DNA of 60,905 nucleotides from Candidatus Babelota bacterium (GTDB lineage Bacteria; Babelota; Babeliae; Babelales; Vermiphilaceae): NCBI GenBank assembly GCA_049325595.1, contig JBMOLF010000017.1, positions 1 to 60,905 of the forward strand, read 5' to 3'. Shown piece by piece: positions 51,898 to 60,905 of this stretch (position 1 is its first letter; each line of letters starts with the position of its first letter). The notes under the pieces were generated by a model. It saw only the letters and a program-made list of their open reading frames with translations, ran no database searches and was not told where the DNA came from. The position numbers and the translations under genes were made by a program.

Positions 51898-53001
51898 TTA
51901 TTCGCCAAAATAAAATCTACGGATGGCAATACCATTAAAAAGACCCAGGCTTGCAAAGGTGACCCATAGGTTACTGAGTCCATAGCTAATAAAGGGCAAT
52001 GGAATACCTACGACCGGCAATAAGCCAGTGACCATACAAATATTAATAAGTGCTGCAAAAATTACATGACTGACTACACCTAATGCAAGCAACTGAAAGA
52101 AGGGTGATTTTACTGATTGTATAACTACCAAAAAGCGGAAAAAAAGAAAGCCAAACAAGCAAAGAAGAGTTAAAACTCCTATAAAACCAGTTTCTTCGGC
52201 TATAACTGAAAAAATAAAATCAGTACGGCTTTCGGGCAAAAATTGTAACTTATTTTGTGTGCCTTTTAAAATACCTGAGCCAGTAAGTCCGCCCGCTCCA
52301 ATGGCGATTTCTGATTGTTCAATTTGATACCGTTCTTTTTTGCTTTCACCATGACCTAGGAAAACAAGAACTCGTTTTTTTTGATAAGGTTTAAGAAAAT
52401 GCCAGGTTACCGGAGTACTTATGGCTAACACTAAAAAACTTATTAAAAAAAATTTTTTATTCATCCCGGCAAACCAGATGACTAAAAGTCCGCTAATCCC
52501 GAGCAAAATAGCAGTGCCAAGATCAGGTTGTTTTCTGATTAACAAACAACTGAATAAAAGCATTATTAAAATTGGAATAAATTCTTTGAATTGAAATTGA
52601 AGTGTTTCTTTTTCAGTGTAAAAATAATAGGCGGCATAGGTAGGGAAAAATAATTTGGCAAGTTCAGAAGGCTGCACTTTGACAATGCCTAAATTAATCC
52701 AGCGTTGTGCTCCCATACCAATACTTCCTTTAATAATGGTAAAAAGAAGCAATCCAATGACAGCAAAATATAAAAAATAGCCCCACCGCATAATGGTTCT
52801 AAAATCAATTAAACAAAAAATAAAATAAATAAGAAACCCTGATAAAACACCAAAGAGTTGTTTTTTAAAAAATAACGAAAAAGGTAAATCAGGTTTATAC
52901 GTAGCGCTAAATACAAAAAGCAGACCAATTGCTGAAAGAATGAATATTAAAAAAAAGCTGACCCAATCAAAATAGCGTAAATAACGTTTATCGATAAGCA
53001 T
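51898..53001 (-). CDS. rodA: Rod shape-determining protein RodA (SEDS)
   Basis: GAQRWI, QPSELAK, QPDLGT, LPESRTDFIF, GIPLPFISYG. Confidence 0.93.
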   Translation of the reverse strand: MLIDKRYLRYFDWVSFFLIFILSAIGLLFVFSATYKPDLPFSLFFKKQLFGVLSGFLIYFIFCLIDFRTIMRWGYFLYFAVIGLLLFTIIKGSIGMGAQRWINLGIVKVQPSELAKLFFPTYAAYYFYTEKETLQFQFKEFIPILIMLLFSCLLIRKQPDLGTAILLGISGLLVIWFAGMNKKFFLISFLVLAISTPVTWHFLKPYQKKRVLVFLGHGESKKERYQIEQSEIAIGAGGLTGSGILKGTQNKLQFLPESRTDFIFSVIAEETGFIGVLTLLCLFGFLFFRFLVVIQSVKSPFFQLLALGVVSHVIFAALINICMVTGLLPVVGIPLPFISYGLSNLWVTFASLGLFNGIAIRRFYFGE

Positions 53002-53098
53002 AATATCCTTTGTGCTTTTTTAACAAAGCCTATCTTAATGCAAAAAATATCAGCCATCAATCATCTATAAAAAAATATATTGATGATTATTAAAAACT

Positions 53099-53941
53099 TT
53101 AAATTTTGATTGCGCCAATTTTACATACTTGTTCAGCTTCAGAAATAATATCTTCAATCAGCTCATTTGAAAAACCTGAGTCATGCAAAATAGATTTTTT
53201 TATTGAGGCTTGATTGCACAGAACTAATCCTTTTTGAATAAGCGTATTTTTTTGCTTGCGCGATAAGCTTGTTAAAGCAGTAATAGGATGCAGACCAAAA
53301 TGATCGATAGTTTGAGCAAGACCGTGATTATAAGGATAAGACCATCCCATCAAATTCATGCCAACGCAGGTTGCGTAACTTATTGCTTGACTGGTAAATG
53401 AGGTATTGGTAACAATCCATTGTTGATCAAGCTCAAGTCTTTCTCCTGGTGAGGCTGATTTGATGTCCTCAAAACGTGCTTTTACGTAAAGAGTTACTTT
53501 AACATCAGTTTTAAGAATTAATGAATTGTGAAACTTGCATTCAATAAAGTGACGGTTATTGTTTTTGTGAGCTAAAACATCAATTTCATGTGTTACACAA
53601 TAACCTTGAAGAGTAGCATCTGTTTCAGTTTTAAAGCCTTTAAGTTTAAAAATTTCTGCAACAAAATTTTCAAAAGGAAATCCTGCGGGCCCTAATTGGA
53701 GTAGTGCTTGTTTTAAATTATAACGTGCTGCAACTGGCTTGTTAAATTTGTGTAATAATAACATTGCTTGGCGATACAAATCTTTTGTCGTTTTAGGTTT
53801 AATTTTAAGTGTTTGTGCAAGTATAATTTCTATAAGATCTGGGGAAGCACCGGCTCGTAACAATGAATGTCTAAACTTTTCTTCTGAAAATGCTTCTTGT
53901 TCGCCAGAGCGTTTAGTAATAAGGTAAGGATTATTATTCAT
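53099..53941 (-). CDS. ATP-cone + Mrr-like PD-(D/E)xK nuclease
   Basis: ITKRSGEQEAFSEEK (ATP cone); GFPFE, HEIDV, FIECKFH. Confidence 0.85.
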   Translation of the reverse strand: MNNNPYLITKRSGEQEAFSEEKFRHSLLRAGASPDLIEIILAQTLKIKPKTTKDLYRQAMLLLHKFNKPVAARYNLKQALLQLGPAGFPFENFVAEIFKLKGFKTETDATLQGYCVTHEIDVLAHKNNNRHFIECKFHNSLILKTDVKVTLYVKARFEDIKSASPGERLELDQQWIVTNTSFTSQAISYATCVGMNLMGWSYPYNHGLAQTIDHFGLHPITALTSLSRKQKNTLIQKGLVLCNQASIKKSILHDSGFSNELIEDIISEAEQVCKIGAIKI

Positions 53942-54278
53942 TGGAAGATCTACTTAAGGATTTATTTATAAATGCAAGAACATTAGCAATAATATTTTTA
54001 ATAACAGTAAATTCTTTAGGATAAAGTCTTTGAATGTGCATCATCAAAACCATCAAAAAAAATATAAACCAAACACTTAATAACGCTTTAGATATAAATC
54101 CAAAAACTGATGCGATTATGGGAAATGGTGAATAAGAACCAGCTAAGAGTGAAATATAAGTGATCCCAACTAAAAAGTTACCAATTGCAGCTAGTCCAGA
54201 TTTTTTACTTATATATAAAAAAATGACATAAAAAATAATGCCGAATAATAAGCTTATTAATTCAGGGGTAAGTGTCAT
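53934..54278 (-). CDS. Small membrane protein
   Basis: About three hydrophobic helices, AGGAG RBS, overlaps the next start codon. Confidence 0.7.
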   Translation of the reverse strand: MTLTPELISLLFGIIFYVIFLYISKKSGLAAIGNFLVGITYISLLAGSYSPFPIIASVFGFISKALLSVWFIFFLMVLMMHIQRLYPKEFTVIKNIIANVLAFINKSLSRSSNE

Positions 54279-54384
54279 TTAAAAAGCTCCTTTTTTACTA
54301 TAGTTCAGAGTAAATTTTGCATAACTATAAAAAATATTAGATTGCTCAGAGCTTAAAAAATAAAAAAAATAAACTGCAATGAAT

Positions 54385-55257
54385 TTATTTTAATTGTTGA
54401 GGATGTGGCATAGGTAATGCTTGGCTAATACGGTTAACATAACCTAATTCAGTAAACATGATAACCCGTACTTTTGGATCAAATTGCTCTAGATACTCAT
54501 AGAGTAAACTATAAACCTCATAATACCATTCAGCGCGAGCTGTTTCTAAGGTGCGCCATATATAATTACCTGTTTCTTGCAAGAACATAAGGCTTTTAAA
54601 GCCATTTTCACTACAAGCTATATGTGCTTGGTCAGCTTTGGCAAAGGAAGATAAGATCATAAATGGTAATTGCGAAATAACATTATTTGTTACCGTATCA
54701 AAAAGAGATCGTTGTGCAGGCATGGTAGTAAGATAATAATAAAGATCACCCGTATGTTTTTTGATATCTATCAATTGGCTCATGCAATATTTTCGTGCTT
54801 GAAGTTTTAGTTCTTTTAAAGCAGCGCTAGCCAATTCTTCCGGTATAATTTCATTTTCAGCAAGCATATGAACAGCGATGTTGTATGTTACTGATGCATG
54901 TGTGTGCTTTTCTTGTAGGGTGAAAAATTCTTGAACATTCTTTTTCTCTTTAGTGGTCAAAATATAAGGAACTGGTTTTGAAGGATTTCTGCGGATATGA
55001 CTAACATTTTGCCATGATTTCCATACGGTTTGTAGAGATTGCAAGGCTGCTTCTTGCGCCTTTAACGTTGTGCTTGATCGAAGATATGAAAGATAAGCAA
55101 TATTAATGATTATTCGCAGGTCGTAAGTAGAGATTGGTTTTTGATAAATATAAGTATTAAACCAGTCTTGAGCGGCTAGTTTATAGGAATTAATGGTAAT
55201 TGATGTTGCGGAATGTAAAGAAAGAATACATAAAAAAGTTATAAGTGCTACTCTCAC
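54385..55257 (-). CDS. Secreted hypothetical protein
   Basis: Probable GTG start at 55257 just after tRNA-Pro, giving signal peptide MRVALITFLCILSLHSA. Confidence 0.7.
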   Translation of the reverse strand: MRVALITFLCILSLHSATSITINSYKLAAQDWFNTYIYQKPISTYDLRIIINIAYLSYLRSSTTLKAQEAALQSLQTVWKSWQNVSHIRRNPSKPVPYILTTKEKKNVQEFFTLQEKHTHASVTYNIAVHMLAENEIIPEELASAALKELKLQARKYCMSQLIDIKKHTGDLYYYLTTMPAQRSLFDTVTNNVISQLPFMILSSFAKADQAHIACSENGFKSLMFLQETGNYIWRTLETARAEWYYEVYSLLYEYLEQFDPKVRVIMFTELGYVNRISQALPMPHPQQLK

Positions 55258-55273
55258 GATAACCTTTTTTAAA

Positions 55274-55349
55274 TGGTCGGGGCAGCCAGACTCGAACTGA
55301 CAACCCCTCGCTCCCAAAGCGAGTGCGCTACCAATTGCGCCATGCCCCG
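55274..55349 (-). tRNA. tRNA-Pro (TGG)
   Basis: CGGGGCA...TGCCCCGACCA; anticodon arm CTCGC-TTTGGGA-GCGAG. Confidence 0.96.
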
Positions 55350-55549
55350 ATAAATACTTATTTTAAAGAATATGTAGGTAATTTAACGATTTTTTTAGTA
55401 ACTTGCAACTGAATTTATTAATATTTTTAAAAATGAACTCTTTTTTCAGGATATTTAATTATTAAAGAGTCGTACTTTATCAAAAAATCTGTTGTTTTAG
55501 AATGTCTGTGTAATTCTTAAGATATAATCTATTGATGCACATTATGCAC

Positions 55550-55864
55550 TTATTTATTTTTATAATAATAGTGACATTTTTTTAATAAGCATGAAAGTTT
55601 AGCGATTGCATATACGATTACAAATGTAACTAGGGATTTTAACGTAGTAAGAATTATTACGCAGCCAATAGCAGCTGTCAGCAGAGAACATGATCCAGGT
55701 TTTAAGTTGCTAAATAGAATAAAAATTCCTGTTTGTATGAGTAGCGCTGATAAGATTATTCATATAGTTGCTATACTTAATCTGAAGGTATATTTTGCAA
55801 TAAAGCATATTCCAAGAATAATCAAAATAAGGCCAACTAGAAGATTAGAAGCATATATTAACAT
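55550..55864 (-). pseudogene. Small membrane-protein gene with one in-frame TGA
   Basis: MLIYASNLLVGLILIILGICF...SIATI*IILSALLIQTGIFILF...; TGA at 55760-55762; hydrophobic reading continues to TAA at 55550. Confidence 0.55.
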
Positions 55865-55918
55865 TATTTATCGGGAAAATTTTATAAAAAAAATGAATGT
55901 ATATGGAGTAATGGATTT

Positions 55919-55995
55919 TGGGGTGAACGGTGGGGATCGAACCCACGACCCTCGGAACCACAACCCGATGCTCTACCAACTGAGCTACGTTCACC
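55919..55995 (-). tRNA. tRNA-His (GTG)
   Basis: G-1 + GTGAACG...CGTTCACCCCA; anticodon loop TTGTGGT. Confidence 0.96.
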
Positions 55996-56036
55996 ATGCC
56001 AAAGACAGTACTAGTATAATGGTGACTTAAAAAAAA

Positions 56037-56552
56037 TCAATTTAATCGTTCAACTTTCAATTCTTTTTCCGAGGTTATTAACAGTGGTTTTGGATTAATT
56101 GGTTTTTTAAGTTGCGTGAAAAATTGTTTTGTGTCAGTTTTTTTATATTCGGGTGAGTTTTTAAGATGCCCCATTAGATGTTGTTTTGCATAAGACATGT
56201 GAATGATTGCATTGCAGCGTGGAAAATTACAACGGGCAAAATGCTCCCAATTAGTATTTTTAACTTTGTGTTTAATATGAATTATAGCTCCTGCAGATAT
56301 TCCATTTGTTTGAGCGGACGATGGATTGGGTTCTTGGTAGTTGCCTGGTGAAGAGCAGCTGTAAGAATCACTATTGTTATTTTCAGAATTAGCAGATCGA
56401 TAGGGAGAACTTTTAAAAACAGATTTTATTACCGATTCAGTATCAAGTGGTGAATTAGGAATCTGTCCCAAATTATAATTGTTCATGCCCGAAATATTAG
56501 TTGGATTAATCACTACAAGAAATAATGCAAATAAAAAATATAATTTATTCAT
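56037..56552 (-). CDS. Secreted protein with one C2H2-like zinc finger
   Basis: Signal peptide from MNKLY; CNFPRC...QHLMGH. Confidence 0.65.
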   Translation of the reverse strand: MNKLYFLFALFLVVINPTNISGMNNYNLGQIPNSPLDTESVIKSVFKSSPYRSANSENNNSDSYSCSSPGNYQEPNPSSAQTNGISAGAIIHIKHKVKNTNWEHFARCNFPRCNAIIHMSYAKQHLMGHLKNSPEYKKTDTKQFFTQLKKPINPKPLLITSEKELKVERLN

Positions 56553-56703
56553 TTTCTTTTTTTTCCTCATTAAATTGAAATAAAATTCATCCAATTATAG
56601 CTTTTTTTGAGCAGATTTCTAGGTTTTCAAAAAATTGCTTTTATGCTATTCTATTGGTACTAAATATTTTTTGATTAATTTCTAATAGAGATGTGGTATT
56701 GGT

Positions 56704-59256
56704 ATGGTAGATAAAAAAAATTCTTGGATAAAAATAAAAGGTGCCCGTGAGCACAATTTAAAAAATATTGATGTATCCATACCCAAAAATACACTGACGG
56801 TAATTACTGGGCCTTCTGGTTCGGGTAAAAGCTCCCTTGCTCTTGATATTTTGTATACTGAGGGAAAACGCCGTTATATGGAATCGCTCTCTTCTTATGC
56901 ACGACAATTTTTGGGGATCGTTAAAAAGCCTGATTTTGACAGCATTGAGGGTTTATGTCCTTCTATTGCTATTGAACAAAAAACAGTAGGAGCCAATCCT
57001 CGCTCAACCGTGGGTACTATTACTGAAATTTATGATTATTTACGCGTGCTTTTTGCCCGTATTGGGAAAGTGCATTGTCCTGATTGTAAATTGCCAATTC
57101 AGGCAGAATCTCCTCAAAAAATTGTTGATATGTTGCTTGATACGTTTGCAGATCAACTTATTATGGTTCATGCGCCTATTGCTAAAGCCAAAAAGGGAGA
57201 ATTCTTAAACGAACTACTCAAGCTTTTTGGTCAAGGTTTTTATCGTTTTTACATTGATGGCCGCCAATATCGTTTTAGATCAGAGGAAGAGATTAAGGCT
57301 CTTAAATTGCAAAAAACATATAAACATGACATTGATCTGATCATCGATGCAGTGGAGGTAGCATCTCATGAACGTTCGCGTCTTACGGAAGCAGTGGAAA
57401 CGGCATTTAAATTAGCTGGGGGAACCTGTAAAATTGTGGCAGGTGATACCGAACATTTATATTCTTCTCAACATATGTGCGTACGTTGTGCGCAATCAGT
57501 TCCTGAGCTTGAGCCACGAATTTTTTCATTTAACTCGCCAATTGGTGCCTGTGAAAAATGTCATGGCCTTGGCATTATTCATCAATGGCCATGGAATGAA
57601 AATGATCCTGATGCATGGAAGTCGCAATATCCAGATTTTTTTGCTGATAAATATGCGCAGCAGCAAACGTGTGCCCATTGTTATGGCAAGCGTTTAAATA
57701 AATTTGCTTTAGCAGTTACTATTGATGGTAAGACTATTTATGATCTTGGAAATGTATCGATTAAAGATTTATTGCAGTATTTTAAATATTTAAAATTAAA
57801 TGCCGTGCAACAAGAAATTGCTCAAAGTTTGATTAAAGAAATTACTGCACGTTTACAATTTTTAAATGATGTTGGCTTGTCTTATTTATCTCTTAATCGT
57901 TCAGCAAGAACCTTATCAGGTGGCGAAGGGCAGCGAATTAGATTAGCAACTCAAATTGGATCGTCATTAAGCGGTGTATTGTATATTCTTGATGAGCCAA
58001 GTATTGGTTTGCATCAACGTGATAATGATCGTTTAATAGAAACATTAAAAAAGTTGCGTGATCAAGGAAATACGGTAGTTGTAGTTGAACATGACAGCGA
58101 TACTATGGAACAATCTGATTATATAGTTGATATGGGGCCAGCAGCTGGGGTACATGGTGGAACAGTAACGGCAGTAGGCACGCCTGACGAGTTGAAAAAA
58201 AATCAAAAATCATTAACCGGTGCATTTTTGAGTGGCAAAAGAGGCATTAAGCGACTTCAGCCAATAAGAAAACCAACAGGTGCATTAACATTAAAGCATG
58301 CGACTAAAAATAATTTAAAAGATCTTACGGTACAATTCCCATTGGGTGTATTGTGCGCGGTATCAGGTGTTTCTGGATCAGGTAAAAGTACCCTTGTCAT
58401 GCAAGAGCTTGTTCCTGCACTGGAACGATCATTGCAAACAAGAAATGGAACAGATCCTGATCTTAAAGGCACTGAGCAATTAGAGCATTTAGTAGTAATA
58501 GACCAAAGCCCTATTGGCAGAACACCGCGATCAAATCCGGCAACCTATTTAGGTGTATTTGATGATATTCGAAAATTATATGCAGGATTGCCAGAAAGTA
58601 ATGCTCGTGGTTATAAGGTAGGTCGTTTTAGTTTTAACGTACCAGAAGGGCGATGCTTTGAATGTTCTGGTGATGGTATTATAAAAGTTGAAATGCATTT
58701 CTTGCCAGAGGTAACAATGGTATGTAAGTCATGCAATGGTAAGCGTTACAATTCGCAAACACTTGAAATTACCTATAAAGGTAAAAATATTGCCGATGTT
58801 CTGGAGATGACGGCATTAGAAGCGGCTGAGTTTTTTGCTGCACACCAGCCTATTGCAAAACGTCTTAACTTATTATGTGAAGTAGGGCTTGATTATCTTA
58901 AATTGGGGCAGCCGGCCGTTACTTTATCAGGTGGAGAGGCTCAACGAATCAAATTAGTTGATGAACTTGCAAAACGTGGCAGTAAAACAATGTATATTTT
59001 AGATGAACCGACAACTGGGTTGCATGCAAGTGATATTGAAAAATTATTAATCGTGCTTAATCGATTAGTTGATAAAGGTAATTCAATGATTGTGATTGAG
59101 CATAATTTAGATGTACTCAAAACCGCAGATCATATTATTGATATGGGCCCTGAAGGTGGCGATAAAGGTGGTACGGTAGTAGCACAAGGAACGCCGTTTG
59201 CTGTTTCTCGTGTGTCTGCGAGTCACACGGGGCGTTACTTGCAAAAGCTTATTTAA
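56704..59256 (+). CDS. uvrA: Excinuclease ABC subunit A (short form)
   Basis: GAREHNLKN, two Walker A motifs (GPSGSGKS, GVSGSGKS), two LSGGE, zinc-binding motifs. Confidence 0.96.
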   Translation: MVDKKNSWIKIKGAREHNLKNIDVSIPKNTLTVITGPSGSGKSSLALDILYTEGKRRYMESLSSYARQFLGIVKKPDFDSIEGLCPSIAIEQKTVGANPRSTVGTITEIYDYLRVLFARIGKVHCPDCKLPIQAESPQKIVDMLLDTFADQLIMVHAPIAKAKKGEFLNELLKLFGQGFYRFYIDGRQYRFRSEEEIKALKLQKTYKHDIDLIIDAVEVASHERSRLTEAVETAFKLAGGTCKIVAGDTEHLYSSQHMCVRCAQSVPELEPRIFSFNSPIGACEKCHGLGIIHQWPWNENDPDAWKSQYPDFFADKYAQQQTCAHCYGKRLNKFALAVTIDGKTIYDLGNVSIKDLLQYFKYLKLNAVQQEIAQSLIKEITARLQFLNDVGLSYLSLNRSARTLSGGEGQRIRLATQIGSSLSGVLYILDEPSIGLHQRDNDRLIETLKKLRDQGNTVVVVEHDSDTMEQSDYIVDMGPAAGVHGGTVTAVGTPDELKKNQKSLTGAFLSGKRGIKRLQPIRKPTGALTLKHATKNNLKDLTVQFPLGVLCAVSGVSGSGKSTLVMQELVPALERSLQTRNGTDPDLKGTEQLEHLVVIDQSPIGRTPRSNPATYLGVFDDIRKLYAGLPESNARGYKVGRFSFNVPEGRCFECSGDGIIKVEMHFLPEVTMVCKSCNGKRYNSQTLEITYKGKNIADVLEMTALEAAEFFAAHQPIAKRLNLLCEVGLDYLKLGQPAVTLSGGEAQRIKLVDELAKRGSKTMYILDEPTTGLHASDIEKLLIVLNRLVDKGNSMIVIEHNLDVLKTADHIIDMGPEGGDKGGTVVAQGTPFAVSRVSASHTGRYLQKLI

Positions 59257-59356
59257 ATTCTTAGATGGGGGTTAAAAAGATGATTATCTTTTTGGCATAT
59301 TTTTAAAAATAGCCTACAATGTAAGATCATCTTTTTTTATTGAGAAAAGCGACAAT

Positions 59357-60313
59357 ATGAAGAAAATTTTATCGATTCTTATATTAATTTCATCGTTGGT
59401 TTATGCACAAGAACAAACTAATTCTGGTGAAGTTAATCCAGCAGTAATGAATAATCAATGTTATGTACTTTCGTTACGTGAAGAATTAATAGAACAATAC
59501 AAGCTTTCGTATATCAAAGAATATCATCGAAAACGTATTGCTTCTCGTATATTAATTGTGACGAGCGCAGCATTTGTTGCTGGTGGTGTTGGGTATCTTG
59601 GGTATCAAGTTGGTAAAGATATTGTCGCCTGGTTTAGAAAGAATCCTACTGCATTAAAAGAAGCGAGCAGCGAAGTAAAAGATGCTGCAGCTGATACGCG
59701 CTGTGCGCCGATGAGTAAGGTTGAAAATATTGATGAAAGAGTGAAAATTCTTGAGGGGGATAAGCAAAAACTTGATGAAAGAGAGTGGTACCTTAAAGCG
59801 CTTGATTCTTTAAAATCTATGCCATTAAACATGATGTCGATAATTACGAGTAGTGTGTTGACTGCGCTTGGCCAGCGTATGGTAGGAGAAGTTTTACTTG
59901 GCCCTGGCGATTTGCAATGGTATTGTGAGCATAAAGTAACCATTTTTGCGCTATTAGAAGCATTACAAGTGAGTGCAAAGGAGCTTGAAGATAGTTCACA
60001 CTATGATAACGACCGCATTCACTATCATCGTGCTTGCATTCAGCCATTATGTCGTGCACTTGCACAAACAATGGAAAAACTTATTGCTTTTCTTGAATTT
60101 AAATTAAGTGAAATGCCTTCAGAACAGGCGGTTGCGCTAGGTCTTGATATTTTACCCCGTTATTTGGTGATCTATACCAATAATTTTTTGAGTAAAGTAG
60201 AATTTTGCATTAAATCAGAAAATAATACGGTAGTAGCTAAAGACTTGTTGTTTTTAGTTGATGATTTTAATGCTGAATTAAAACATGCAATTAATAAATG
60301 TATGGGAATTTAA
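59357..60313 (+). CDS. Exported hypothetical protein with TM and coiled-coil segments
   Basis: Signal peptide, hydrophobic AFVAGGVGYLG, helical remainder. Confidence 0.7.
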   Translation: MKKILSILILISSLVYAQEQTNSGEVNPAVMNNQCYVLSLREELIEQYKLSYIKEYHRKRIASRILIVTSAAFVAGGVGYLGYQVGKDIVAWFRKNPTALKEASSEVKDAAADTRCAPMSKVENIDERVKILEGDKQKLDEREWYLKALDSLKSMPLNMMSIITSSVLTALGQRMVGEVLLGPGDLQWYCEHKVTIFALLEALQVSAKELEDSSHYDNDRIHYHRACIQPLCRALAQTMEKLIAFLEFKLSEMPSEQAVALGLDILPRYLVIYTNNFLSKVEFCIKSENNTVVAKDLLFLVDDFNAELKHAINKCMGI

Positions 60314-60323
60314 CCTGTTAACA

Positions 60324-60357
60324 AGATAGTTTGTTAGGCGAGTCTAACAAACTATCT
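60324..60357. terminator. Hairpin between convergent genes
   Basis: AGATAGTTTGTTAGG-CGAG-TCTAACAAACTATCT. Confidence 0.7.
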
Positions 60358-60761
60358 GCGCCAGTTCATGAATATTCTTAAATGTTCAATTAAATCTTGC
60401 TTGATAAGACTGCTTGTAATGAATCCATATCCTATTAAAAAACATCCGCTGTACGATCCTAATAAGCCAACAATAATTGTTCCCCATCTTGATTTAAATT
60501 TTGTGTGGTTTTTTCTGTGTTGTTCATAATAATGGCTTTATAAAGAGCATTGTTTTCTCTTATCTGATTATTAAGTGTTATATCTCGGTATTGTTTGTAA
60601 ATATATCGCAGCCATGCATAGGTATTAATTGCAGGAATTTGTTTTTCATTTTCAATATAAAATTTATTCAGTTTAAGATATCGATTTGCCCAGCTGCCTA
60701 TTGTATTGACTGCATTAGCAGAGATAAATGATAGAAGTAAAAAATATAATAAATTTTTCAT
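60352..60761 (-). pseudogene. Secreted/membrane protein gene with probable frameshift
   Basis: MKNLLYFLLLSFISANA start; adding one A at 60537-60539 links to SHYYEQ...WGTIIVGLLGSYSGCFLIGYGF...NWRR*. Confidence 0.55.
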
Positions 60762-60789
60762 TTTATAGATTCTCAATATTAGAAAAATA

Positions 60790-60905
60790 TTAAATGCGAT
60801 TGGCTTCAGAAATATTTTCTGTATTGGTTGTTTGAAAATGTTTTTGTAAAAACCTAATAGTTTTGAGAGGAATCCAAACGAAAAATAAATATGCTCCTGC
60901 CAAAG
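60790..60905 (-). CDS. 3' end of a gene entering from the right edge
   Basis: Open frame LAGAYLFFVWIPLKTIRF...EANRI*. Confidence 0.5.
   Translation of the reverse strand, partial: LAGAYLFFVWIPLKTIRFLQKHFQTTNTENISEANRI

Noticed and set aside
55257..55317. N-terminal extension of the 310-aa ORF
   Set aside because: It starts inside tRNA-Pro; GTG at 55257 yields a proper signal peptide.
55760..55762. Genome-wide TGA recoding
   Set aside because: TGA ends full-length genes at their expected C-termini (Nei-like at 6629, SPFH at 8702, PfpI at 15655), and Trp is encoded by TGG.
55274..55995. tRNA-anchored genomic island or prophage
   Set aside because: No integrase, phage genes or duplicated tRNA 3' ends were seen.
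55707..56030. 107-aa plus-strand ORF
   Set aside because: It is antisense to tRNA-His and to the interrupted membrane ORF.
948..60731. Numerous short antisense or nested ORFs in the track (e.g. 948-1391, 26325-26636, 46470-46784, 59605-59943)
   Set aside because: They are shadows of well-supported genes and have no motifs or RBS.
1..60905. CRISPR array, rRNA, intron/intein, retron or DGR
   Set aside because: No regularly spaced repeats, rRNA-like tracts, reverse transcriptase motifs or intein insertions were found by eye.

Overview
AT-rich bacterial chromosome segment. The many short secreted orphans, ankyrin/F-box-like/C2H2 zinc-finger proteins, DUF2608-like protein and nucleoside importer suggest a host-dependent intracellular bacterium, most plausibly Ca. 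Dependentiae (Babelota/TM6). That assignment is inference, since no marker search was run. Intact housekeeping genes (rpmE, prfA, pyrG, ppsA, galU, pheS, ldh, dnaE, yicC, yebC, ruvB, rodA, uvrA) and three tRNAs (Phe, Pro, His) are interleaved with accessory genes, an intact IS5-family element and a decayed IS200-type tnpA. There is no CRISPR array, rRNA or prophage. Strongest leads: (1) a tightly linked operon of three signal-peptide enzymes, a kinase-like protein, a possible ADP-ribosyltransferase-fold protein and an EEP phosphoesterase (48.2-51.8 kb); (2) a secreted PEP-synthase-type dikinase lacking the pyruvate barrel, plus a secreted partner (40.4-44.1 kb); (3) a recurring 'signal peptide followed by Met(-Glu/Asp/Asn)' motif in 11 exported proteins; (4) secreted eukaryote-like C2H2 zinc-finger and F-box-like proteins; (5) a Nei glycosylase without the catalytic N-terminal Pro and a UvrA without the insertion domain; (6) a 2OG-Fe(II) oxygenase-NUDIX-HAD cluster; (7) several structured non-coding elements.
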